Of a stretch of DNA of 64,000 nucleotides, positions 37,926 through 51,955 are shown piece by piece. Origin of the DNA: Eledone cirrhosa (Eukaryota); NCBI GenBank assembly GCA_964016885.1, contig OZ024751.1:33666001-33730000 (forward strand), read 5' to 3'. A program made the translations under genes and the position numbers. The notes beneath the pieces are model-generated. The model searched no databases. It saw only the letters and a program-made list of their open reading frames with translations, and was not told the origin of the DNA. Within the stretch, counting starts at the first letter, position 1; every line of letters begins with the position of its first letter.

Positions 37926-40602
37926 TACTGTAGTGTAATATATATATACATACATACAGTTAAGTGTGACAATTCTTAGTTTTCTCTACAGAATAAGGCG
38001 TGTCTCGGCAACGAGCTCCATTTTTAGTCCACGTGAAAAGCACGTTGTCTGTTTCTCCTTTTTAGGATGATATTTATGGAAAAAAACAACAACAAAAAGA
38101 TCGTGTGGTATTATATTTACATCTGACATTATCTGCAGTCATAACTGGACGCTGCACCAAACGGCCAGATCCACACCATTATCTTTATTTAATCCTACCA
38201 GTCAGCCAGCAGGGGGTGTCAGCTCTACCTGACACTAACCTGTGACATATCCCAAACAACGCCCTACATCGGTGTGTTAGACATAACCAGTTGGGCTGCC
38301 GCCAAACACAAGATTCTATTTCAAAACGTGAACAATACACATTGGAATCGTAATAAAGTTCATATATATACACTCCCGAATGAAACGGTTCTAGTCCTGT
38401 AGAAGCCATTTCTGTATTATATATATATATATATATATATATCAAAACTCACAATAGTCCCTTATAATCAAATCAGCCCGGGGAAAAAAATTTCCGAGCT
38501 TTTTATAACACAGTACAAGGGGTATAAAACCGCCAAGGTGAAGAATATATTAAATATAGATAGTACGGTTCATAGAACTCAAAAGTATAAATATCCCTTA
38601 TGATTTGAATATATATATATATAATGTGTGTGTGTTCTCTCTTTACTGTGTTATATATATAAAATATACTTAGATAGAGCATTCTTCATTCCTCTGACTT
38701 TTTCAATTTTCAACGGAAACTTTAATACATATATATATATATCAAAGTGAGAAACAACTAATTAAGAAACCATAGCACTATCACCACTGCCAAAACCCAT
38801 TAAGCACATGTTTCTAACTTATAACTTTACTGTATTTTTTTTACTGAAGCAGTAAATACAAATATTTTTCTGTATATTTTTAACTATCTATATTTCCATG
38901 ATAATATTTATAAATACGTCTTTTGAATAATAAAATTATTATTTATATTGTTTCTATCAAAAGCTCTAAAGTTTTCCATATCAACTCTTAACCCTTTCAG
39001 AATTTCTCTGTAAAAAAGTTAAGAATTTCTGAGGTAAATGGTTTTACTGGCAATCGTTTATTAGTAAACCTTTTATTTGTGGGGGAAATATTGCGGAATT
39101 AAAGGGAAACTGCTTTCATCATCATTATCGTTTAATGTTTATTTTTTCCTCACGTTTGCATGGGTTAGACACGTTATGAGACATGTCTGGCCAGTTGGCC
39201 ACGCCCAAGTACCTTGCTTATAGCGGAACCATATTTTGAGGGCTGGAAGTTTCCGTTGGGAAGAGGGCCATACTTTGTTTGTAACGGGACCACATTTTAG
39301 CTGGGTGTCCTTCCTAACAACAACCACGTTTACAGTGTGGAACTGGGTGGTCTGTTATGAAGATGGTTTGGCCAGTTGGTCGCACCGTACCCTGCTCATA
39401 ACGGAGCAGTATTTGGGGAGCTATGTGGTTTCGTTATGAGGAAGGACTGGCCAGTTGGCTGTGCTGTACCTTACTCACAACGGGACTACATTTTGGCTGG
39501 GTTTCTATGGTTACTGAAAGCCCTTCCTAACACCAACCACGTTTACAGTGTGGAACTTGGGGTTACCATTATGGGACATTTAACATGTCTCTTTTCAAGG
39601 TATAATTTGAGATACATTTGGCTGCTATTTCTAGCAGGTCGTGAAAGCACATGAAAGTTCTTTCATTGTCATCTAGAAGTCATTGTAATAATGACATGAG
39701 AGAGCAAGGGAGAGATATATAAATACATGTTCGGAGCCTGAAATATCTATTATTGTTATTACTATTCAGGTTTATCCCCCACAACACCCAACATTGAAAT
39801 ACCACTTAGGGTTGACTTTGCCCATAACAACAACCTTCCCAATACAATTAGTTTTACACTTTATAAGAAATATAAAACCTAAATAAGATAAAGGTCAGCT
39901 TTGTTTGACGTTCTTTCTACAATTTACAGTTCCACTTTGAATTCTATTTCCTCCTCATTCATTTAACACAATATTGAAATACCACCAGTGTAGTTACAGA
40001 AATAAATATGGGATTCTCTATTAGTGTATTGGTGTGTATGTATTTATGCATGTCTCTATCTGTGTCTGTATGTTTGTGTGTTTCTGTGCCTTAATGAATG
40101 TGTTTCTCTGTATGTATCTGTGTCTGTATGTTTGTGTGTGTGTGTCTATGTGAGTGTTTGTATGACTAGGTTTGTGTGTTTCTCTGTATGTCTGTGTGTG
40201 TTTATGTGTGTATCTGTGTCTGTCTGTATGTTTGTGTGTGTCTATGTGAGTGTTTGTATGTTTCTCTGTATGTCTGTGTGTGTGAGGTTAACTTTGCCTT
40301 TCATCCTTTCAGTGTTGATAAAATAACAGTGATACGCTGGGGACAGAGGTCCTGTGAAATCGTTATAGTACCAGTGATATACTAGAGGACTGGTCTGGTG
40401 AAATTGTTATAGTACCAGTGATATACTGAGGAGAGAGATCTGGTGAAATTGTTATAGTACCAGTGATATACTGGTGTCAGCATGGTAAAGTAGATATAAT
40501 AATGATTGATTAATTCAAGGATGTAAATTTAATTAAAAATTATAAATTTCCTGTTAATTTTCTAATCGTTTTCATCACATCCTTCTCCTCAGGACAGAGA
40601 AG

Positions 40603-43159
40603 ATGAGTACAGGTACTGCACATGAACTTCTGGATGTTAATCCAACCATGGCTTCATACAATGATCACATTGGTAAGTTGACATAAACAATATTTCTTCT
40701 CTGTATCGTGTAGTTAAAAAGCACCCAGTACTCACTGAGGTTGGTGTTAGGAAGGGCATCCAGCTATAGAAACCAAGCCAAAATCAGTTCTGTATGAGCA
40801 AGACATGGTCACCTGACCTGACCTAGTATTGCCTGCAACAGGACAACCTGTCTAACCCATGTTTGTGATATATATATGTATATCATACACATAATGCCTA
40901 ATGTTTTAGCCACACCTGAAATAACTTTCTTTGTACTAATTTCTAATTACCTATAGCTGTGTTGTATAAAACATAGGTAATAACACCTCACACTGTCACT
41001 AAAGCACATTACACTCATTTCACACGTATTATCTAGCTCTCTACCTCTGCTTAAAGATTTCCCTTATAAGCATGTTTTGCAATGTGAAGACCAGAAACAG
41101 GAGGTGTTCAAGATTGCGCGGCAGTGTGTAAGAGAGAATTGTGATGTCATTGGAGAGAAGTGTATCCGGAATGATAAAGGTGAGCTTGTCCTCACAAGTG
41201 CTGAGAAGAAAGATGCATGGGAGAGCCATTATGATAGATTACTAAATGAGGAGAATGCATGGGAAGAAGAGACCCTACTCCAAGTAGACCCTATAGAGAG
41301 GCCAGCATTACAAGTCAGCAGCAGTGTAGTAATAAGGCAATCAAAGATATGAAGATGGAGAAGGCAACCGGTCCATCGGGTATAGCTGCCGAGATGCTGA
41401 AGGTATCTGGATCTGTAGGTCACACTATAACCACACGTAGTGACTTAAAGGTATAATCTAAAACAGGAACAAAACTAAAGTGTTACAAAATCATAATGGC
41501 TTGCAACAGCTGTTAATTAAAGTAGGCTGTCCTTTATTAATTAGATCTCTGATCGAAGACCTTTCAGTCACAGCCCTCCCATCAGTTTATATATCAGGCA
41601 ACACTGTTCCATGCCACTGTTTATATATCAGATATCGTCCTATGTCACCATTTTATATATCAGGCAACACTGTTTATATATCATGGATGGTAAGGTGTTA
41701 TTTGAGGAGATTTCACTGGTATTTCTTCTAGCAAGTTCAATGACAAATTTGTAGAGACTTCCTCACTAATTTATTCAATGATTTGTTTGGGACTTTAGCA
41801 AATGTTATTTAACTCAACTTCACTGGCTGTCACTTTGCTGGGACACTCTGCTATATCGTATGTTTTATATTTCTTTCTTTGATTTAAAAATAGGATTCTT
41901 TTGACTAAAGGGCTAAGCTTTGCCTTCATCATAATCATCATCCCTGTTTAACATCCATTTTTCCATACTAGCATGGGTTAAATGAGTTGTCCTGTTGTGA
42001 GACAAGTTCAATCAAATGGCCATGTGTTGCTTATACAGAACTATTTCTGGCTTGGTTTCTATGGATATGTCCTTCCTAACACCAACCACATTTACAGTGT
42101 GGACCAGGTACTTTTTGTGTCACCAGGATGACCACTCTACAGGATGGGCTGAGCGCTCTTTCACACTTTATTTCTTGTTTTAAATTTCATTTTATTTAAT
42201 TGTATTTTATGCTTCAAATATTTGAAAAGTGAAAAAAAAAACAAAAGAATTAAAACATTTTTGTCTGTTTATTTCAGAATTTTTGGATAGCATGGAATCA
42301 ATGAATTTTTACAAAGATTTTGATGAGACTCCTGAGGTATGACATTCCTTTTTACATCACTGTCACCATTTTAACATTATCATCATGTTTATATCAGACT
42401 TCAGTAATGGTAATTCTGTAATTATATTTGAGACTTAAGTACCAGTAATTATACAAGGATATTTCAGATTTATGTAATGACTTCTATGATTATATTTGTT
42501 ATTTAGGGAAGAAAACTGTATTTTGACGATGGAGAGCGAAGGATCGACTATATTCTGGCATGGAACAATCACAGCAAGAAAATGATGGAGTCAGAAAATG
42601 CTAGAGCAACTTTTCATGATAACTTGAAGAAAGAATTCCTGGAACTTGAGATTGATAGAGTAAGTTATTTTTGTTCGAAAGAGTCACGCCTGATGGCTGA
42701 GCTCTTGCCAGAGTATGGAATTAGCAGTCGAAATAGCCAGAGCTCAGCCGACGACCCTGACTCTTTCTAATATAGTCATACTCTACTATTCCAAGAATCA
42801 AGTACTCTGTTGAATAATGATCTAACTAATTTAATCCTGATATATATATATATATATATATGTCGGCTTCTTGATGATTTCTCCCGAATGAAACAGTTCT
42901 AGTCCTGTAGAAGCCTTTTCTATATTAAATATATATATATATCAAGGGTAAACTAATATAGACCTATATGTGGTATATAATATATATGATGGTATATGAT
43001 GGTATATAATTACCACACAGTTTTCATATTTAGCTCAATGTATTTTATATATTAGTGGTTAGAAAGATAAGGACATTTTTGGGAGAAAAAGATATGGAAA
43101 GACAGATATATATATATATGCAGAGAGCATATATATATATATTTACATATACATACACT

Positions 43160-43237
<78 letters not shown>

Positions 43238-46200
43238 CTAATAGAAAGATGGAATTGTCGTTCTTAAACAATTTTAATTCTTTCCAGATGTTGCAAGTGT
43301 TATGTAAGATTATACATTCCACAAACTGTTACATTGGATGTAATGAGGAACTTGTGTAAGTGGAAAATAAATAAAAATAAGCCCGAAAAATACTTCTTTT
43401 TTCAGAAGCATTTAAAAGTTAGATTTAATTTAGCAGAACTTAACTGAAGCTATTAATCTCCCAGACATGCTGAGGAGTCTACATCCAGCTTACGTACGGT
43501 CTTATCAAGTGATAATGTATATATACAAATATAACATTATCATATACTTTAGCTGATTAGTTCTCAGCACTGTGTAATGGCCATTTCTCCACACTAGCAT
43601 GGGTTAGACAAGTTTTCCTGTTGTGAGACAAGCCAGTTCAGATGACTGTGTCTTGCTCATGCTGAACTGATTTTGGCTTGGTTTCTACGGCTGGATGCCC
43701 TTCCCAATGCCAACCACATTTACAGAGTGGATTAGGTGCTTTTTATTGTGTTACTTGCATGACCTCTTTACAGTGTGGGCTGGGTGTTTTTTGTTGTGAC
43801 ACCTACACAACCACTTTACAGAGTGAACTGGGTGCTTTTTGTTGTGACCCAATTATATGTTTAAATATTTTGATATTATTTAATATATGTTTCCGTTACT
43901 ATTTCAGTCTGATTCCGAGGTCCATTTTATGAAAATCCATGCCCCATTCAAGGTTTTATGTCGATACGCAGAACTCCTCAAACTGAAAGTTCCAATGAAA
44001 GAGGTGAATAGAACAATTATATATTTTCATTGTTAAGGAGAATGTTCTCAGATATTTCATCATCATCACCACCACCACCATCACCACTATCACCTCCATT
44101 ACCATCATCACTACTACCACTACCACCACTGTCATCACCACCACTATCATCATCATCACCATTACTACCACTACCACCATCACCATCATCTCTTCGACCA
44201 CCACTAACACTATGATATATGACACAGGTCATGTAATGTATGTCAAAGGTCATGTAATGTGTAACAGTTTATGTAATATATGCCAAAGATTGTGTAATGT
44301 ATGCCAACGGTTATTTATGTATTTTTGTTTTTCTACTTTAGACTGCTGATCTGCTACACTTTGCTAAACAGTATGATGAACAGGTAAGAACTTCTTACTC
44401 TCTTTCTCTCACACATATATCATCATCATCATCTTCGTTTAACGTCCATATTCCACGCTTGCATGGGTTTGGACGGGAGTTTTCCCACTTGAGGCAAGAG
44501 TGGTTGTCTTGCTTGCATAGGACTGTCTGGCGGGTTTTCTACGGCTGGATGCCCTTCCTAACACCAACCACATTTACAGTGTGGACTAGGAGGTTTTTAC
44601 CGTGTTACCTACACGGCCACATTACAACGTGGACTGTGTGTTTTTTTGTCGTGACACCTACACGACCTCATTTGTTTCGGGCTGGATGTTGTGGTACCAA
44701 CATATCTTTACATTGAAAGGGGTGGTGTGGATAGGGTGGGGGTAGTGGGACGGGTGTGTATTTTTGTTAGGGGTGCCTACTGACTGTAGTAGGTTTCACT
44801 TTGTACTTAGGTAAGGCGGGTCTTCTCTATTACTGTGTAGCGCCAAAGATCTCGGTCCAGTGACATTGTCTTGGAGAGGTGTAAGTGTGTGAGGTCGGAA
44901 TTTATCAAGTCGTCCCAGGTTTTTCTGGGTCTACCTACTCCGTGGTTACCGTCTATTTTTATTGCCCTGCACTTTTTATACAGCTGTCGTCTTTCATGCG
45001 CATCACATGACCGTACCAACGTAGTCTTCTCTCGAGTAAACAACATCTGATCCCTCTTATTTCTAATTTCTCCCTTAGTTCGTTTATGCTTTGTATATAA
45101 ATATATATATATATACACACCTACCTCTATCTCTCACTACCTATCTATCTACATGTCTGTCTGTCTGTCTCTCTACCAATCTGTATGTCTGTCTGCCTGT
45201 CATTGTTGAACACTGAAAGTAAGAAGGACAAAGTTCAACCTCTTCTCTTTTGTTCCATTGTTCAACCAATCTGACTCTGTAGTTCTTTGAATAATCAACA
45301 ACATAAGACAGCAGTTTCCCATAGAAACAGGTTTCACCTGGTTTCAATAATATATTTGTATCCACACTACATTGAGTTCTAACAGTTAGAAGTCCTTCCT
45401 TAATTACCTAGAATATATATAAACCGGTTTGTCTGTGTGTTTACATACAGAATAGCTGGACACTCACAGTAAAGTGACCAGTGAAAAACTCGGTACATCT
45501 ACATATGTACACGTGTGTGTATTCATATGCATACTAGTATTTCAGTATACATATGTGGATGTACATTTTTAACTTAATTGTTTAAGCGTCAGTCATACAA
45601 AAGTGAGTTACAAACGAAACGAAATTTAATTTCGTTTCGTTATTTGTTTTTATATATATATATATATATAGTAATAATAAATACAAAGATCCAAAGAGGA
45701 CTCAATACGGATTATATATATATATATATGTGTATAGTAATATGTAAACCTGTAGAACAAATATTTATTATTAGTACAGATTAAAAGTTTAAGCAAAACA
45801 TCTCTGCTTTCAACCTAAGTGGGATCAATATTCACAGCTAAAACACTTTCCAAATGTTTATTCATAAACAAACTGTATATCATTAGAGATACAAAATTCA
45901 CACACACACAATTATGTATATATTTCCCACTCTTCTACCCTAAGTATTGAGTACTCTGGTGCGTTATGGTCCATCTGGTTCCTTACCACATTTCCTTTGT
46001 TATATATATATATCACTGCCTCGTCTGTCTTCCTCTATTTTGCCTTCTTACCTTTTCTACACCTCAGTGCTATTCTTCTTTGTCTGTACTATAGACTAGT
46101 CCATATTCTTCTTCTCTGTATTTCTATTTATCTCCTTTGGCTAACCCCTCATGCACCATTCTCTCCCTTGGCTAACCCCTCATGTTCCGTTCTCTCCCTT

Positions 46201-49200
46201 GGTTAACCCCTCCTGCACCGTTCTCTCCCTTGGCTAACCCCTCATGCACCGTTCTCTCCCTTGGCTAACCTCTCCTGCACCGTTCTCTCCTTTGGCTAAC
46301 CCCTCCTGCACCGTTCTCTCCCTTGGCTAACCCCTCCTGCACCGTTCTCTCCCTTGGCTAACCCCTCCTGTACCGTTCTCTCCCTTGGCTAACCTCTCCT
46401 GCACCGTTCTCTCCCTTGGCTAACCCCTCATGCACCGTTCTCTCCCTTGGCTAACCCCTCCTGCACCGTTCTCTCCCTTGGCTAACCTCTCCTGCACCGT
46501 TCTCTCCCTTGGCTAACCCCTCATGCACCGTTCTCTCCCTTGGCTAACCCCTCCTGCACCGTTCTCTCCCTTGGCTAACCCCTCCTGTACCGTTCTCTCC
46601 CTTGGCTAACCTCTCCTGCACCGTTCTCTCCCTTGGCTAACCCCTCATGCACCGTTCTCTCCTTTGGCTAACCCCTCATGTACCGTTCTCTCCCTTGGCT
46701 AACCCCTCATGCACCGTTCTCTCCTTTGGCTAACCCCTCCTGCACCGTTCTCTCCCTTGGCTAACCCCTCATGCACCGTTCTCTCCTTTGGCTAACCCCT
46801 CCTGTACCGTTCTCTCCCTTGGCTAACCTCTCCTGCACCGTTCTCTCCCTTGGCTAACCCCTCATGCACCGTTCTCTCCCTTGGCTAACCCCTCCTGCAC
46901 CGTTCTCTCCCTTGGCTAACCCCTCCTGCACCGTTCTCTCCCTTGGCTAACCCCTCCTGTACCGTTCTCTCCCTTGGCTAACCCCTCCTGTACCGTTCTC
47001 TCCCTTGGCTAACCCCTCATGTACCGTTCTCTCCCTTGGCTAACCCCTCCTGTACCGTTCTCTCCCTTGGCTAACCCCTCCTGTACCGTTCTCTCCCTTG
47101 GCTAACCCCTCCTGTACCGTTCTCTCCCTTGGCTAACCCCTCCTGTACCGTTCTCTCCCTTGGCTAACCCCTCCTGTACCGTTCTCTCCCTTGGCTAACC
47201 CCTCCTGCACCGTTCTCTCCCTTGGCTAACCCCTCCTGTACCGTTCTCTCCCTTGGCTAACCCCTCCTGCACCGTTCTCTCCCTTGGCTAACCCCTCCTG
47301 TACCGTTCTCTCCCTTGTTTAACCCCTCCTGCACCGTTCTCTCCCTTGGCTAACCCCTCCTGCACCGTTCTCTCCCTTGGCTAACCCCTCCTGCACCGTT
47401 CTCTCCCTTGGCTAACCCCTCCTGCACCGTTCTCTCCCTTGGCTAACCCCTCCTGCACCGTTCTCTCCCTTGGCTAACCCCTCCTGCACCGTTCTCTCCC
47501 TTGGCTAACCCCTCCTGTACCGTTCTCTCCCTTGGCTAACCCCTCATGTACCGTTCTCTCCCTTGGCTAACCCCTCCTGCACCGTTCTCTCCCTTGGCTA
47601 ACCTCTCCTGCACCGTTCTCTCCCTTGGCTAACCCCTCATGCACCGTTCTCTCCTTTGGCTAACCCCTCATGTACCGTTCTCTCCCTTGGCTAACCCCTC
47701 ATGTACCGTTCTCTCCCTTGGCTAACCCCTCATGCACCGTTCTCTCCCTTGGCTAACCCCTCCTGTACCGTTCTCTCCCTTGGCTAACCTCTCCTGCACC
47801 GTTCTCTCCCTTGGCTAACCCCTCCTGCACCGTTCTCTCCCTTGGCTAACCCCTCCTGCACCGTTCTCTCCCTTGGCTAACCCCTCCTGCACCGTTCTCT
47901 CCCTTGGCTAACCCCTCCTGCACCGTTCTCTCCCTTGGCTAACCCCTCCTGTACCGTTCTCTCCCTTGGCTAACCCCTCATGCACCGTTCTCTCCCTTGG
48001 CTAACCCCTCCTGTACCGTTCTCTCCCTTGGCTAACCCCTCCTGCACCGTTCTCTCCCTTGGCTAACCCCTCATGCACCGTTCTCTCCCTTGGCTAACCC
48101 CTCCTGTACCGTTCTCTCCCTTGGCTAACCCCTCCTGTACCGTTCTCTCCCTTGGCTAACCCCTCATGTACCGTTCTCTCCCTTGGCTAACCTCTCCTGC
48201 ACCGTTCTCTCCCTTGGCTAACCCCTCCTGCACCGTTCTCTCCCTTGGCTAACCCCTCCTGCACCGTTCTCTCCCTTGGCTAACCCCTCCTGCACCGTTC
48301 TCTCCCTTGGCTAACCCCTCCTGCACCGTTCTCTCCCTTGGCTAACCCCTCCTGCACCGTTCTCTCCCTTGGCTAACCCCTCCTGCACCGTTCTCTCCCT
48401 TGGCTAACCCCTCCTGTACCGTTCTCTCCCTTGGCTAACCCCTCCTGTACCGTTCTCTCCCTTGGCTAACCTCTCCTGCACCGTTCTCTCCCTTGGCTAA
48501 CCCCTCCTGCACCGTTCTCTCCCTTGGCTAACCCCTCCTGCACCGTTCTCTCCCTTGGCTAACCCCTCCTGTACCGTTCTCTCCCTTGGCTAACCCCTCA
48601 TGTACCGTTCTCTCCCTTGGCTAACCCCTCCTGTACCGTTCTCTCCCTTGGCTAACCCCTCCTGTACCGTTCTCTCCTTTGGCTAACCTCTCCTGCACCG
48701 TTCTCTCCCTTGGCTAACCCCTCATGTACCGTTCTCTCCCTTGGCTAACCTCTCCTGCACCGTTCTCTCCCTTGGCTAACCCCTCATGCACCGTTCTCTC
48801 CCTTGGCTAACCCCTCCTGTACCGTTCTCTCCCTTGGCTAACCCCTCATGTACCGTTCTCTCCTGCACCGTTCTCTCCCTTGGCTAACCCCTCATGTACC
48901 GTTCTCTCCCTTGGCTAACCCCTCCTGCACCGTTCTCTACCTTGGCTAACCCCTCCTGCACCGTTCTCTCCCTTGGCTAACCCCTCATGCACCGTTCTCT
49001 CCCTTGGCTAACCCCTCCTGCACCGTTCTCTCCCTTGACTAACCCCTCATGTACCGTTCTCTCCCTTGGCTAACCCCTCATGTACCGTTCTCTCCCTTGA
49101 CTAACCCCTCATGTACCGTTCTCTCCCTTGGCTAACCCCTCATGTACCGTTCTCTCCCTTGGCTAACCCCTCATGTACCGTTCTCTCCCTTGACTAACCC

Positions 49201-51914
49201 CTCATGTACCGTTCTCTCCCTTGGCTAACCCCTCCTGCACCGTTCTCTCCCTTGGCTAACCCCTCATGTACCGTTCTCTCCCTTGGCTAACCCCTCATGT
49301 ACCGTTCTCTCCCTTGGCTAACCCCTCATGTACCGTTCTCTCCCTTGGCTAACCCCTCATGTACCGTTCTCTCCCTTGGCTAACCCCTCATGTACCGTTC
49401 TCTCCTTTGGCTAACCCCTCATGTACCGTTCTCTCCTTTGGCTAACCCCTCATGTACCGTTCTCTCCCTTGGCTAACCCCTCATGTACCGTTCTCTCCCT
49501 TGGCTAACCCCTCCTGCACCGTTCTCTCCCTTGGCTAACCCCTCATGTACCGTTCTCTCCCTTGGCTAACCCCTCATGTACCGTTCTCTCCTTTGGCTAA
49601 CCCCTCATGTACCGTTCTCTCCCTTGGCTAACCCCTCATGTACCGTTCTCTCCCTTGGCTAACCCCTCATGTACCGTTCTCTCCTTTGGCTAACCCCTCA
49701 TGTACCGTTCTCTCCCTTGGCTAACCCCTCATGTACCGTTCTCTCCCTTCTTTGTCAGTTGACACACTAGGAATACTACTTCATCTATATTTGTGTAATT
49801 TGCAGAAAGACATAACTTTGCTGCCTTTGTCTCTACTTGTTTTGTTACATCCCAATGTACACTGGAATGAATGGTACTAACTTTAATATACTGAAACTGT
49901 AGTGATATCCAGAGGTTGACTGAGATGGGACTATCCATTTTTCTGTTGTTTTTACCATTGTGCTCCCCTGTTGTGAATCAATATTCTAAAGACTTAGCCA
50001 TGCAGGCGTTTGTTGAAATTATATATACATATATATACACATGTGTATTTTTATAGTTGATGCAGTCTCTCTTCCACCATCTTTGTTTAGTCAGTTTATA
50101 CAATATTATATTCAATAACGAAATGTTACTTTTATGTAGGTCTTTTATCTGGATCCTGAAGGACTAGAGCAACCGGTATGCCACATATTTCATGATAGTT
50201 TTATGGGTTTTGTTTTAGAAAATTGGACTGGAGTGTTTTTTTTTTAATTTGTTGGTTTGTTTGTTTTGTTTTTGCATGTAGGTGATTCTTTTCTTAGTAA
50301 CATTAATAAATACAATTTTCTTTTTAGATGTCTTACTAATAACTACTAACCGTGTGTATCCGGTTAACAATAGGTACACCATAACCCTGTGTGGTGTATC
50401 TAGGTCATGGCACCAGTACATGACCTTACAGGGTGGACTGGGTGTATTATATTGTGGCACCAGTATTACTATACAGGGTGTACTGGGTGTATTATATTGT
50501 GGCACCAGTACTACTACTACTTTACAGAGTGGACTGGGTGTATTATATTGTTGCACCAGTACTACTACTTTACAGGGTGGACTGGGTGTATTATATTGTG
50601 GCACCTGTATTACTATACAGGGTGTACTGGGTATATTATATTGTGGCACCAGTATTACTATACAGGGTGTACTGGGTGTATTATATTGTGGCACCTGAAT
50701 TGCTATACAGGGTGTACTGGGTGTATTATATTGTGGCACCAGTATTACTATACAGGGTGTACTGGGTGTATTATATTGTGGCACCTGAATTACTATACAG
50801 GGTGTACTGGGTATATTATATTGTGGCACCAGTATTACTATACAGGGTGTACTGGGTGTATTATATTGTGGCACCTGAATTGCTATACAGGGTGTACTGG
50901 GTGTATTATATTGTGGCACCAGTACTGTCTCAGTTCTATGTAAATGTCTATGATTTGTAACCCCCCCATCCTTATTATCTTTATTTGTGACAATAAAAGA
51001 CATCATTAAGGCAGTCAATTAACGGAGTCGTTAGAGCATCAAACCAAATGTTTGTAATATCCTGAGTTAAAATTTTTCTAAGGTCAACTTTATCCCTCAA
51101 CAACTTTTCCTTTTATCTTCTTGTGAGGAGTTTCTGAAATAAAGACCCAGTTAAGTATTCTAGTTACTTTAATTAACAGTTTCACTTGTTTATGTTAGAA
51201 ATTCAACTGCCCATCCTGTCTTTTTGGGGGTTGTACCTAATACTACTACTATATCCATAGTGAGGGGTGATTTGACTCCTGTTTCTAGCGGTTCGTACTC
51301 CATTGTTGGTTTAACAAATAAAAGGTAAAAAAGACCAAAAGAAAGATATCAATGTTTCCAATATTTGTGATTGTCGAGTTTACCAAGAGTTTCCTTCATA
51401 TTCTTTGCATGATTGATTTGCTTCTGGTTAAGCTTAAAGAAATATGTGGAATTTTAATCAATTAAACAATGTTTTGGTTTTTTTAGAAATATATTTTAGT
51501 TAATTAACTAAAGTGTTTTGAATGTTATTACTAATTACTTAAATTGTAGTCTTAGTTAATTCAAGCAGATTGACTTCGTTATAAAATTATACATCATTAG
51601 GGAAGTAAAACATAATTTCATATTTCTTTCAGTCCTTGAAATAAGTTGACTTTCATAAGAATATATTTGTTGGATAAATAAATAATTAAATTATGTATAA
51701 ACTATCTTAATTAAATATTTATATATATTTTTAGGGTTAACCTTTATTATCAAATATATATATTTTTAAGAGTCAACTTTCTATTAATAGCAATGTCCAA
51801 TAAAACTATTTTATTTAATGATTTTCTTTCTAGTGTAAATAACATTTTTATAAATGACAAGTCACTTTGTTTTCTATTTGCTCATGTAATGGGTTTTATA
51901 TCATGACGAATACA

Positions 51915-51955
<41 letters not shown>

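Noticed and set aside
46135-49750. CRISPR-like or telomeric array
   Set aside because: There are no unique spacers or cas genes, the context is a eukaryotic intron, and there is only one GGTTAG-like word per unit.
50215-51018. 267-aa repetitive ORF
   Set aside because: It is the product of a 45-bp tandem repeat that is open in several frames.
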